Positions 38,089 to 46,907 of a stretch of 64,000 nt of DNA are shown piece by piece. The position numbers and the translations under genes are program-made. This DNA comes from Blastocatellia bacterium (lineage in GTDB: Bacteria; Acidobacteriota; Blastocatellia; Pyrinomonadales; Pyrinomonadaceae): positions 6,062-70,061 of the forward strand of contig JAWVFI010000078.1 in assembly GCA_033856235.1 (NCBI GenBank), in the 5' to 3' direction. The notes under the pieces are model-generated. The model was not told the origin of the DNA. It saw only the letters and a list, made by a program, of their open reading frames with translations, and made no database searches. How positions within the stretch are numbered: position 1 is the stretch's first letter; the number at the start of each line of letters is the position of its first letter.

Positions 38089-38541
38089 ATGACGAACGAA
38101 CAAATCGCCCAACGTTTTTACAACATGGCGGCGCTGATGGAGGTGCGGGGGGACGATCCGTTTCGGCTGCGCTCTTATCGGAATGCGGCTGAGGCGCTGG
38201 AGACTTGGCCGGCGTCTTTGGAAAAAATTGCCCGGGCGGAAGGCGCGGCCGGGCTGCAAACAATTCCCGGCGTCGGGAAAGCGATTGCCGGAAAGATCGT
38301 TGACATGGTTAAACGCGGGACGTTCGACGCCTGGGAACGGTTGATTGCGGAGACTCCGGAATCAGTGCTGGAGCTATTGACGATTCCCGGCATTGGGCCA
38401 AAGACGGCGGCATTGCTGCATCAGCAGTTTAAGATTTCTTCGCTCGCGGAGTTAAAGAAGTTCGCGGCGGGCGGCGGATTGGAAATGGTGGATGGGATTG
38501 GGGCGAAGACGGCGGAGCGGATTAGGGAGAGGTTGCGTTAG
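38089..38541 (+). CDS. Helix-hairpin-helix protein resembling only the N-terminal (8 kDa + fingers) part of family X DNA polymerases
   Basis: NEQIAQRFYNMAALMEVRGDDPFRLRSYRNAAEAL, IPGVGKAIAGKI and IPGIGPKTAALL HhH motifs. It is only 150 aa, with no palm/thumb or PHP domain. Confidence 0.7.
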   Translation: MTNEQIAQRFYNMAALMEVRGDDPFRLRSYRNAAEALETWPASLEKIARAEGAAGLQTIPGVGKAIAGKIVDMVKRGTFDAWERLIAETPESVLELLTIPGIGPKTAALLHQQFKISSLAELKKFAAGGGLEMVDGIGAKTAERIRERLR

Positions 38542-38610
38542 GTTTGAGGATGGGATACGTCAAACCTTAAGAAGATTTTCCATTTCTCATTTTTCATTGG
38601 GCGTTGCGAT

Positions 38611-38698
38611 TGTCGGGGTGGCCCTCCGTGGCCACCCCCTTCGTTTTCCCCAGCGAGTAAGCAAAGGAAGGGGGCGACCACGGAGTGCCGCCCCTACA
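38611..38698. repeat. REP/REPIN-like doublet, family A copy 2
   Basis: tgtcggggtggccctccgtggccacccccttcgtt (38611-38645) pairs with ggaagggggcgaccacggagtgccgcccctaca (38667-38698). Near-identical to 24597-24696. Confidence 0.85.
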
Positions 38699-38714
38699 GA
38701 TCAGCACTCCAAAA

Positions 38715-38945
38715 CTACTTGAAGATGTCGCCGATTTTGCCGGCGATGTCGCCTACCGCTCCGGCGGCTCCATCGGCGACGCCCCCGGCGGCGCTTGCGC
38801 TGTCACCAACCAGCCCATCAAGTTGACTCGCGATGGGTGCGGGTAGTTTGTCTTTGAGAAAACCAAGCACTGTGGTTACTGCGGTCCTCGCCTGGTCCTG
38901 AGAAATGCCAGTGCGGTCCGAAACCTGTTTGATAAGTTCGTCCAT
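38715..38945 (-). CDS. Small conserved-looking hypothetical protein (76 aa)
   Basis: MDELIKQVSDRTGISQDQARTAVTTVLGFLKDKLP, then a Gly/Ala/Asp-rich tail. It lies between two palindromic doublet elements, downstream of the HerA-like ATPase gene. Confidence 0.55.
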   Translation of the reverse strand: MDELIKQVSDRTGISQDQARTAVTTVLGFLKDKLPAPIASQLDGLVGDSASAAGGVADGAAGAVGDIAGKIGDIFK

Positions 38946-38958
38946 GTTTGCTCCTTAT

Positions 38959-39052
38959 GTCGGAACCGCCTGCGGTAGCGGGCGGTTGATCGCTCGGTTC
39001 TACTTCATTAACTAAGCCAGTTCAACCGCCCGCTACCGCAGGCGGTTCTGAC
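38959..39052. repeat. Palindromic doublet, family B copy 2
   Basis: gtcggaaccgcctgcggtagcgggcggttgatc (38959-38990) pairs with tcaaccgcccgctaccgcaggcggttctgac (39022-39052). Confidence 0.85.
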
Positions 39053-39053
39053 A

Positions 39054-41525
39054 TTACTCCCACGCTGGCGTGACCTGGCCCTGTGCGTCGTGCCAGTGCG
39101 GCGCCCACGCGAGGGTCAGAGTCATCACTGCTATGTTTGCCTTGGTCGGCTTCAACACCAGGGTCTCAAAAACCTCGGCCTGGCTATTCGATAAACTTTC
39201 CAGCGCCTGGGTTTCAGAATTGAATTGCGCGTTGAGATCGGCGAACTGCTGGCTGACAGCCCCAACCGTTTCCTGCGCGCGGCCAATGTCAGCGGATTCC
39301 TTCATGGAACGGCCGACGCCGCGAACGGCGGTGGTGGCCCGGCCCAGCGACGTGGCGCTGATCGCTTTGCGGCCCATGAACGACGATAACAAAGTGGCGC
39401 CGAATGAAATTGCTGTTTGCAGCTTCTGACCCCTGGCCTGTTCAGCTTCGCGTTCGACTGTTTGCTCAGCGCGCCGCTTGCGCTCCTCGAGGGCGGCAAA
39501 CTTCGGCGCATATTTTTGTCGCAAGCGTTCCACGGCGGCATCGCGCTGCTCGCGCGCGGCCTGCTGAGTGCGAAGTCGAAAGTCCTGCTCGGACTCTCCG
39601 GGGTTTGAGACCGCCTTCAAACTCGCACTCTTTTGCAGCTCGACCTTCTGATTGCGATAGAGCCACGCGGCAAAGTCTTTCTTCCATGTTTCGTAGTTCT
39701 TCGCTTTGGCAGCCGGTTTCGGCAACTCGGCAAACTGCGCGCCATCGGCCGGCGTTGGCTCCAGGTCGGCGACTGCGACATCGACGTTGGTGGCATTTTC
39801 CCAATCGACCGGAACGACCCCGTCATTGATGTTTGCGAGGACCGTCAGCTCCTGGGTCGTGTCGATCTCTTTTTTGTCCGTGAATCTCACCTGGGCCGAA
39901 CTGAGGACCATTGGGTGATAGACAAGAGTGGCGCCGCTTTGGTCGCTGCGAACCGGGACGAAGTATTGCGAGATTTCCGCAGGCAATACGGGCCGCTGAG
40001 GTTGCGCCGAAGGTTTGGCGGCTGGCGCGGCTTCAGCGCTAGTCGGTGCAGTGGAATCGGGAGACGCGGCCGAAGCTTTTACTGCTGCCGGCGATGTACC
40101 CTCGGCCGCCTTGATCGGATCCATCAGCGTTTTGATCTGCTTCTTAGTTAAAGGACCGCGGAGGTACGACATCGCCCAACGCGTCTCAAATAATTCCGGC
40201 CCGTCTTCGTGCACGTTGTTCAGCATGAAGATGCGGTTTCCCAGTCCGGCCAGTGTCTGTTCCATCTGTTGTCGATCAAACTTCAACCCAGTTCCCGCGG
40301 CGACGCCTTCCAAGCCTTCGATCACTTTTGATTTGTCACGCTCGGTCTGCAGTCGGCCAATGAACCAGGTGCCGGTATTCGACAGGCCCTTGTAATCAAG
40401 GTCCACCGGATTCTGTGTAACTAAGACCACGCCCAATCCAAATGCGCGCCCCTGTTTCAGCAAGGTCATGAGCGGCAACTTCGACGGCGGATTCGCCACC
40501 GGGGGAAAGTAACCCAGGATCTCGTCCATGTAGAGAATGGCCCGCAGGCTGGTGGTTCCCGACTGGGTTCGCATCCATCCCAGCACTTGATTGAGCAGGA
40601 GCGACACGAAGAACATGCGCTGGGAATCTTCCAGCATGTGCGCGATCGAGAAAATCGCCAGCCGCGGTTTGCCGCTCGACGTGTACAGCAGTTGTTGAAT
40701 GTCGAGCGGTTCACCTTCCATCCACGAACTGAAGCTCGGCGCCGCCAGCAGATTGTTAAGGGCCATCGCCAGTTCAAATCGATCCTTCGCCGGGAAGAAG
40801 GAATCAAGATCCATAACGCCAACTCTCGTCACCGGCGGCGACTGAATTTGAGTGATCAGGGCGGCAATATCCAGGTCGGTGCCGGCCATCCACGCCTGGT
40901 TGAGGATGGTCGAAATCAGAATGTGCTCGCGGCTTTTGAAAGGGTCAGCTTGAATACCCAGTAAACCCAGCAGGCTGGTGGCGGTGCTGCTGACTCGTTC
41001 AGCAAGAGCCTCTTCATCATCACGAATCGCTGGGGGCGGAGCAGAAAAAGACTTGAGGATAGAAACTGGAAATCCCGCGTTGCTGCCGGGCGTGTAGATC
41101 TTAAAATCGGCCGCCTCTCGCAGACGCTTTATCCGCGCGCCGTCCTGTCCCCATTTCGCCAATCCGTCTTTCCAGAGCTGGGCCTGTTGCGCAGCGTAGT
41201 CAGCTGCTGACATATTTTTCTTAGCCGCGTCTTCTTCGTTGATCCATGGCGCGAAGTCCTCGGGCTTCAGATCCGGGAACGTCAGCATCAAGTTTGCGAG
41301 ATCGCCCTTCGGATCGATCACGATGGCCGGAATGCCGTCAATTGCCGCCTCTTCCAGGAGTGACAGACAGAGGCCGGTCTTGCCGCTGCCAGTCATCCCG
41401 ACGCAGACGGCATGCGTGACCAGATCCTTGGAGTCGTAGAGAACCAGGCCTTCTTTGGCTTGCTTCGTTTCGAGATCGTAGGGGCGGCCCAGGTAAAAGG
41501 CGCCAAGTTTTTCAAAGTCGTCCAT
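39054..41525 (-). CDS. HerA/FtsK-superfamily (DUF87-like) P-loop ATPase with a long C-terminal coiled-coil extension
   Basis: The start at MDDFEKLGAFYLGRPYD (41525) avoids the heptamer repeat upstream. Walker A is VGMTGSGKTG and Walker B ILYMDEILGY, followed by VVLVTQNPVDLDY. About 300 C-terminal residues are Ala/Glu/Gln-rich. Confidence 0.8.
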   Translation of the reverse strand: MDDFEKLGAFYLGRPYDLETKQAKEGLVLYDSKDLVTHAVCVGMTGSGKTGLCLSLLEEAAIDGIPAIVIDPKGDLANLMLTFPDLKPEDFAPWINEEDAAKKNMSAADYAAQQAQLWKDGLAKWGQDGARIKRLREAADFKIYTPGSNAGFPVSILKSFSAPPPAIRDDEEALAERVSSTATSLLGLLGIQADPFKSREHILISTILNQAWMAGTDLDIAALITQIQSPPVTRVGVMDLDSFFPAKDRFELAMALNNLLAAPSFSSWMEGEPLDIQQLLYTSSGKPRLAIFSIAHMLEDSQRMFFVSLLLNQVLGWMRTQSGTTSLRAILYMDEILGYFPPVANPPSKLPLMTLLKQGRAFGLGVVLVTQNPVDLDYKGLSNTGTWFIGRLQTERDKSKVIEGLEGVAAGTGLKFDRQQMEQTLAGLGNRIFMLNNVHEDGPELFETRWAMSYLRGPLTKKQIKTLMDPIKAAEGTSPAAVKASAASPDSTAPTSAEAAPAAKPSAQPQRPVLPAEISQYFVPVRSDQSGATLVYHPMVLSSAQVRFTDKKEIDTTQELTVLANINDGVVPVDWENATNVDVAVADLEPTPADGAQFAELPKPAAKAKNYETWKKDFAAWLYRNQKVELQKSASLKAVSNPGESEQDFRLRTQQAAREQRDAAVERLRQKYAPKFAALEERKRRAEQTVEREAEQARGQKLQTAISFGATLLSSFMGRKAISATSLGRATTAVRGVGRSMKESADIGRAQETVGAVSQQFADLNAQFNSETQALESLSNSQAEVFETLVLKPTKANIAVMTLTLAWAPHWHDAQGQVTPAWE

Positions 41526-41535
41526 GAGTTTTACG

Positions 41536-41649
41536 GGTGAATGGTAAATGGTAAATAGTGAATGCTGATAGCAGCCGAACAGGGATCCAGGCAAAGGTAA
41601 TAGTAAAGAGCAGCTATCAATATTTACTATTTACCATTTACCATTTACC
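41536..41649. repeat. (GGTAAAT)n / (ATTTACC)n heptamer-word inverted repeat
   Basis: ggtgaat ggtaaat ggtaaat agtgaat (41536-41563) pairs with atttact atttacc atttacc atttacc (41622-41649), with a 58-nt centre. Confidence 0.9.
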
Positions 41650-41653
41650 CACA

Positions 41654-41976
41654 CTATCGTTGTTTTGCGATTACCATAGCCGAAATTTGTTCGTAAGTGG
41701 CTTCCGGAATAATGTTCTTCCGGACCAGTTCGGTCTTCTCGCGATAGGGGCGGCCGTCGATGATTTTTTGAGCGTAGGCTTCGCCAATTCCTGGCAGTCC
41801 GATCAATTCAGTCTTATTGCAGAGTTCAGATCGACTAAGCCCGCGTTGTTGTGATCGTTACCAAGCACCGCGCGCTTGAGATTGGCGTGGCTGTTCTCAG
41901 TACGGTTTCCGCATCCGATAGCGACGAGCACCGCCGCGAACAGAACAAAGGCAAGAAACTTTTCCATTGCGTGCAT
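41654..41976 (-). pseudogene. ComEA-like helix-hairpin-helix lipoprotein gene with an apparent 1-nt frameshift
   Basis: Frame A gives M(HAM)EKFLAFVLFAAVLVAIGCGN...GLVDLNSA, then a stop at 41803. Shifting one nucleotide near 41813-41821 continues [45 protein letters not shown] to the stop at 41654. Confidence 0.7.
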
Positions 41977-42095
41977 CATCCTACGCCTATGACGAATTAC
42001 TTTGTCCCGGGGGCCGTTAGGATACCAGCAAATTAGCAGAAAGTCAGAATTCGGAAATGGTATAATCGCCAACCCTATTAGCACGATGTTGTACT

Positions 42096-42202
42096 CTGAT
42101 TTCGTGTTCTTTGGTGAGCTTAGTGATTTCTTGGATCGTATGCCTCCGATTCGTAAGCGCACGATTCACGAATTACACGAAAACTCACGAAGTGTCACGA
42201 AC
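42096..42202. repeat. TTCGTGA/CACGAAx-word inverted repeat, copy 2
   Basis: ctgatttcgtgttctttggtgagcttagtgatttcttggatcgtatg (42096-42142) pairs with cgcacgattcacgaattacacgaaaactcacgaagtgtcacgaac (42158-42202). It aligns arm-for-arm with 25407-25513. Confidence 0.75.
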
Positions 42203-42351
42203 TAATAAATCGTGATTGACTCAGCGGACTGATAGAAATATCTTTGGTGCGTCTTTGTTAGTGCCTGCTTCTAATTTGCGCGGGGGCCTTGCGTTTCCGG
42301 GCGGTTTCACATTAGTCGCATTCTTAAAACCGCCACGCGGACTCTGACATC

Positions 42352-42882
42352 ATGAAAAATTTCTTGAGCGCAATGACGCTTCTACTGGTTTGCGCTGCAG
42401 CCGTTGCAGCGCAGGGCACCTGCGTGCGCTATCTCGAAACCGGCGCCGGTTTTTCGTTTTGCCCACCTGATGCGTGGACGATTCAGGAACAGGCCGGCGA
42501 GAAATACAAAGTTATGTTTGGCACCGGCGCAAACTTCAAGCCCAACATCAACATTAAGGAGCAGACGAGTGCGGGAACTTTGGCCGAGTATGCGGAACTG
42601 GCGAAGAAACTAATCGTGTCCAAAGAGAACAGGGAAAAGTTGGGCGCGACGACGCTGGTGGCGTTGGATCAATCAGAGTTCATTACTACCTCGGGTTTAT
42701 CGGGAATAAAAGTTACCTATCAAACTGAATTTAAGGGTTACCTAATTCGGAGCCTGCAGTATTACTTCGAGTTAAAGGGCGGGATAAAAATAATCGTTAC
42801 CGGTACCAGCCTGGTCGCGGACAAGGAAACGCTGGATCCGCTTCTCGACCGGTCGCTAAAGACTTTTCGGATTGAGAACTAG
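42352..42882 (+). CDS. Hypothetical secreted protein (possibly a PsbP/DcrB-like fold)
   Basis: Signal peptide MKNFLSAMTLLLVCAAAVAAQG; 176 aa. The FSFCPPDAWTIQ...KPNINI pattern is reminiscent of DUF1795/PsbP-like proteins. The assignment is weak. Confidence 0.5.
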   Translation: MKNFLSAMTLLLVCAAAVAAQGTCVRYLETGAGFSFCPPDAWTIQEQAGEKYKVMFGTGANFKPNINIKEQTSAGTLAEYAELAKKLIVSKENREKLGATTLVALDQSEFITTSGLSGIKVTYQTEFKGYLIRSLQYYFELKGGIKIIVTGTSLVADKETLDPLLDRSLKTFRIEN

Positions 42883-42910
42883 GCAGGGTTTTCCAGATTA
42901 AGTCTAACTA

Positions 42911-43087
42911 TTCAAGCTCCTCACTGGGACCGCGGGTGCCCCCCCGCAACCCTCTCGCGGCGTCAATTTGCAGTAAGAACAATTTTTCGCGCTTTGCGCT
43001 CAAAGCGGGCGGGACGCCCGCGCCCCCAGTGAAGAGCTTGAACCCGGCAATGACAAATGAAATATGGAAACTGAGAAATGGAAAATG
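42911..43087. repeat. Palindromic element family F plus an (xAAAxTG)5 heptamer tract
   Basis: ttcaagctcctcactggg (42911-42928) pairs with cccagtgaagagcttgaa (43025-43042), enclosing GC-rich hairpins (cgctttg/caaagcg, gcgggcgggacgcccgc). Then acaaatg aaatatg gaaactg agaaatg gaaaatg runs 43053-43087. Confidence 0.75.
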
Positions 43088-43112
43088 CTTCTGATTCACC
43101 CTGATTGGCTAG

Positions 43113-44837
43113 CTACACTCCCGCCGCCGCGATCGCGGCGCCTTCTGCCTGCCGTTTGACGATTACCAGGGTGATATCGTCGGCCGCCGGAGTGCCCTGC
43201 GAAAACTTTGTCAGCGCCGATTCGATCCGGTCGCGAATGCCCGCAGCGGACGCATCGAGGTTGCGTGCCACAACGTCGTACAAACGCGTCGGCCCAAATT
43301 CTTCGCCGCTGGGGCTTTGCGCCTCAGTGACACCGTCCGAATAAATCACCAGCACATCGCCGTATGAGAGGCGGGTCCTGCCCTCACGGTAATCAGCATC
43401 GGGCATGATGCCCAACGGGAGGCCGCCCGCAGCCAGTTGTTCCATGGTGCCCGCGGCATGGACGATCAAGGGAGGATTGTGGCCGGCGTTCAAGAACGAC
43501 AGCTCGCCGGTTTTCGGCTGCAGCTCGGCGTAGAAGAGCGTGATGAAACGATTCGCAGGAATGTTTTCCGCAAGATAGCGGTTAACGCCGGAGATCGTTT
43601 TCAATAATGAGTCATGGGACGCCGCCTGAGCATGTACGGCCGCGTGCAGCGATGACATCAGCAGTGCGGCAGCCGCCCCTTTGCCTGAGACATCGCCCAG
43701 CGCAACGATCAGCCGGCCGTCCTCGCGCGGAATGAAGTCGTAGTAGTCGCCGCCAATTTCATAACAGGGGAAGCTGATGCCCTGCAGCTCGTATCCGGCA
43801 ACGATGGGCGGCGCCGTTGGTTGGAAGCGTTGCTGAATCTCGCTGGCAACTTGAAGCTCGTGCTCCATGCGCTCGCGCTGTAGTTGCTCATCCAACAGGC
43901 GGGTGTTTTCCACCCGGATGGCGGCCACCGAGGCCAGGGTCGTCAGCACCTTCAAATGATCTTCAGTGAAGCGGCCTTCGGCCATGGGCGAGTCGGCATA
44001 GATGATGCCGAATATTTTTTCGCTAACGCCCAGGGGCACGGCCAGGACTGAGCGCACGCCCTGCAGCATTACTGTCCCACTCATGAATCGCGGATCGGCT
44101 TGGGCATCAGAGGTGAGTACTGACTTGCCGCGCACTACGACTTCCTCGATTACGGAACGACTGACGCGAATCTCACCGACTTCGCCGGCGCGGTCACGTA
44201 AGCGAGCCACGGCCACCTGCAATTCGGTACTGTCCTTCTCGCGCATCATGATCATACAACGATCCGCGGGCACCGCTTCGAACACGAGGCTGACCACCTG
44301 CTCCAGCGTCTCATTCAAGGTGGCGGACGAGAGCAGGGTAATGCCCACTTTGCTGATCAACGCCAGCAGGTCGCTGTGCCTGGAAGCGCGTTGGGCGGCG
44401 ACTTCTTCCGGCTTACTGCGCGCGCCTTCGATGGCTTCTAAAAGTCCGGAGGTGGTGCGATCGGAAGAGGTCAGGGCGATGGTGGCTTCCGGCAAAGACG
44501 TGGCGCTGTTGTCGGTGATCATGGTGGCGCCGGTACCAGAACGATAGGTACCGTCATCAAACATGATTTCCGTTTCACCGATTTGAATGCGGCCGCCGAC
44601 ACTCAGCGGCAGGGTCCCATCCACGGCAGCGCCGTTGTAAAGCGTGCCGTTGGCCGAACCCAGATCCTGCAGGACATAGCCGTCGCCTTCGCGCCGAACT
44701 TCGGCATGAACGCGTGAAGCAAAAGGATCGGGAATGCACAAGTCATTGCGCGCTGAGCGACCAATCGTGATGCGCAAGCGTCCCAAAGGGAAATTCTCTG
44801 ACGGACGATCGGGATATTTGACTATTAATTCAGGCAT
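43113..44837 (-). CDS. FHA-GAF-PP2C (SpoIIE-type) serine/threonine phosphatase
   Basis: N-terminal FHA (ITIGRSARNDLCIPDPFASRVHAEV...LGSANGTLYNG), a central GAF-like region, and a C-terminal PP2C/SpoIIE region (GGDYYDF, ALGDVSGKG, VIYSDGVTEA, DDITLVIV). Confidence 0.88.
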   Translation of the reverse strand: MPELIVKYPDRPSENFPLGRLRITIGRSARNDLCIPDPFASRVHAEVRREGDGYVLQDLGSANGTLYNGAAVDGTLPLSVGGRIQIGETEIMFDDGTYRSGTGATMITDNSATSLPEATIALTSSDRTTSGLLEAIEGARSKPEEVAAQRASRHSDLLALISKVGITLLSSATLNETLEQVVSLVFEAVPADRCMIMMREKDSTELQVAVARLRDRAGEVGEIRVSRSVIEEVVVRGKSVLTSDAQADPRFMSGTVMLQGVRSVLAVPLGVSEKIFGIIYADSPMAEGRFTEDHLKVLTTLASVAAIRVENTRLLDEQLQRERMEHELQVASEIQQRFQPTAPPIVAGYELQGISFPCYEIGGDYYDFIPREDGRLIVALGDVSGKGAAAALLMSSLHAAVHAQAASHDSLLKTISGVNRYLAENIPANRFITLFYAELQPKTGELSFLNAGHNPPLIVHAAGTMEQLAAGGLPLGIMPDADYREGRTRLSYGDVLVIYSDGVTEAQSPSGEEFGPTRLYDVVARNLDASAAGIRDRIESALTKFSQGTPAADDITLVIVKRQAEGAAIAAAGV

Positions 44838-44848
44838 GTTTGTTAGAT

Positions 44849-45020
44849 CGTAAACCGAAAACTGTAAACCGTAAACGGTGGGCCGTGAACTGTAAACCGG
44901 CGCACGATTTTCAGGTCCCTAACACTCGCTGCTTACCGGTTCACTGTGCTCCATCTACGATTCACGATTCTCGGTTTACGTTCTCAGTGTACGGTTTACG
45001 GTTTAAGGTTGACGGTTTAC
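44849..45020. repeat. GTAAACC/GTGAACC heptamer-word inverted repeat, 'empty' copy
   Basis: The left arm cgtaaaccgaaaactgtaaaccgtaaacggtgggccgtgaactgtaaaccgg (44849-44900) pairs with a right arm ending cggtttacggtttaaggttgacggtttac (to 45020). It shares the 17-mer ccgtgaactgtaaaccg with 56284-56300. Confidence 0.85.
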
Positions 45021-46324
45021 TGGACCCCACTGTTCCTGCGGCGATCGAATTCCCTGCCCAATTTTTCTGCAAGTCGCTTTGCCTCGTCTCTATGCTTCCC
45101 GTCCAGTGCGGCGCGTTGCGCCGCTGCCAGGGCCCGCAGTAACTCCGGGCGGGGAAGGTTTTTCGGATCGCGTCCCGCAATAATCGATACGCTCAGCGAA
45201 TAATTATGATCTTGATCCTGCTGGGCCAGCGTCACTGCGGCCTTTGTCGCCACCGCGGTCTGCGTAGCCCCACCGGGTGACTCGGTCTTTCCCCCCGCGG
45301 TGCTTGCCGAGCTCGCCGGCGCCGGCAGGGGCAGTCGCGCATTCACTGACACATTCGATGCTGTTGGCCCCGGCAGTTGCGTCAAACGCTGCTTCGCGGT
45401 CGCGACGATGTCATCGGGCGCGCCGCTCAGGAGCTTTTGATATTCGACGCGCGAGTCTTCGGTGTAACCTGCAAGGCGCAAAGCGTCGGCGTACTCAAGC
45501 TGGTCTCGCGGGGAAAACGCCGTATCGCCCATCGCACTTTTCAGGCGGCGATAGCTGTCAATCGCATCCGCATAGAGTTGCCCCTGGAATTGCAGCGAAG
45601 CCAGCATATGCAGCGTGTCAACGTCTCCCGGATCCCTTTGCGCTGCCGCAAAGTATTCATCGATCGCCTGCCGGCGTTGGCCATTACGCATGAAGGCCGC
45701 GCCCAACAGACGGTGTGCCTCGACATTTGCAGGATCCAGATTGACGACCGAATGCAGACGCTCAATCGCTTCCTTGATGTTACCTGCGGCCAGCAACGAG
45801 CGCGCTTCACCCAACTGCTGAGCCACCAACCGGCTCTGGTCCACGTTGGCTACCAGCGGCCCCGCGTTCGAGTCACGATGCCGTAAATAATAAACCAACA
45901 AGCCGGCGGCCAATGCCAGAAAGAAGAATGTCAGCAGTACTATGGGCCACCAACGTTTTCGCTTCGCCTGGGGTTGGGCGGCCGCAGGTAAGACCAGCGA
46001 CGAAGTGGTTGGCGCAGCGTATTGTTCACCGCTGTAATCCGCCGCCAATCCATCGTCCCCATTGGCGGTGACCGGAATTTGCGCCAGGCGCTGGTTCCGC
46101 AGAATCGAGTCCAGTTCGGCGCTGCCAACGCGCGCGGTGTTGGCGTGCCGCTCATCCGCCAAACCATCAGTCGTGCGCCCGTCAATGGACAGCGGCACAG
46201 TTTGCGCCAGCGGCGAGATTGGGCCACTTAAGCCGCCCGCAGTTTTCAATGGGGCGCCGCAAAGCCGGCAGAAGCGCGCCTCTGTCGGGCTGGGGGAATT
46301 ACAACTTGGACACAAGTACGCCAT
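45017..46324 (-). CDS. Zinc-ribbon / single-pass membrane / TPR repeat protein
   Basis: N-terminal CPSCNSPSPTEARFCRLCGAPL zinc ribbon, TM helix WWPIVLLTFFFLALAAGLLVYYL, then TPR-like repeats (AIERLHSVVNLDPANVEAHRLLGAAF...). Confidence 0.75.
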   Translation of the reverse strand: MAYLCPSCNSPSPTEARFCRLCGAPLKTAGGLSGPISPLAQTVPLSIDGRTTDGLADERHANTARVGSAELDSILRNQRLAQIPVTANGDDGLAADYSGEQYAAPTTSSLVLPAAAQPQAKRKRWWPIVLLTFFFLALAAGLLVYYLRHRDSNAGPLVANVDQSRLVAQQLGEARSLLAAGNIKEAIERLHSVVNLDPANVEAHRLLGAAFMRNGQRRQAIDEYFAAAQRDPGDVDTLHMLASLQFQGQLYADAIDSYRRLKSAMGDTAFSPRDQLEYADALRLAGYTEDSRVEYQKLLSGAPDDIVATAKQRLTQLPGPTASNVSVNARLPLPAPASSASTAGGKTESPGGATQTAVATKAAVTLAQQDQDHNYSLSVSIIAGRDPKNLPRPELLRALAAAQRAALDGKHRDEAKRLAEKLGREFDRRRNSGVQ

Positions 46325-46333
46325 TATTTTCGC

Positions 46334-46369
46334 GATCTCAAATTTGAGATCTCAGATCTCAGATCTCAG
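46334..46369. repeat. (AGATCTC)3 heptamer tract with an inverted copy
   Basis: gatctcaaatttgagatc is a palindrome (46334-46351). Three perfect agatctc units occupy 46347-46367. Confidence 0.9.
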
Positions 46370-46375
46370 CAAGCT

Positions 46376-46903
46376 TCAACGCGGCGTGCGGCGCACGCGA
46401 GTGGCGACGCGCCGGGCGCCTTCGCGCACCACGACGGTTCCGGCAATGATGTCATGCAGCGCGCGGCCCTCCGCGTTGAACGCCGCAATCAAGAAACCAA
46501 TGCCCAGCGTCAGTATGGAAGCCGGGTAGCCGACAAAATGACGGAGCAGTGTCTGGGGAAAACTCAGTTCCCTGCCGTCGATGCGCTCGATGCGAATACC
46601 GGCGGCCCACTTTCCCAGGGTCTGGCCCCAAACGGCAGCGAGGAACACAAAGTTCAAAGCGGCCAGCAGAATGGCCGTAATGATGCCCAGGGTTTCTGCG
46701 GTACCGCCGGCGGAGCGCGCGCCGCCACCCAGCATCCGAGCGATGAGCACGCTGATAGCGACTACGCAGATGACGACGATGTAATCGATCAGCAGAGCGC
46801 CGCAGCGAAGCAGAATGGGCGCGCGAAACCTCTCGAGATGGGCCAGAGCTTCGGCACGGCTGATCGTGCGCGGGCGCGGAAGAGTGGTCGGGTCAACTGT
46901 CAT
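46376..46903 (-). CDS. RDD family membrane protein
   Basis: 175 aa with RCGALLIDYIVV (RDD-type motif), three hydrophobic helices and a C-terminal ALHDIIAGTVVV. Confidence 0.8.
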   Translation of the reverse strand: MTVDPTTLPRPRTISRAEALAHLERFRAPILLRCGALLIDYIVVICVVAISVLIARMLGGGARSAGGTAETLGIITAILLAALNFVFLAAVWGQTLGKWAAGIRIERIDGRELSFPQTLLRHFVGYPASILTLGIGFLIAAFNAEGRALHDIIAGTVVVREGARRVATRVRRTPR

Positions 46904-46907
46904 ATAA

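Noticed and set aside
41558-41854. A 98-aa plus-strand ORF and the N-terminal 23 codons of the HerA-like ORF (MPGSLFGCYQHSLFTIYHSPVKL).
   Set aside because: Both are translations of the (GGTAAAT)n/(ATTTACC)n inverted repeat and of the antisense of the ComEA-like gene. The ATPase start at MDDFEKLGAFYLGRPYD (41525) is the conserved-looking one.
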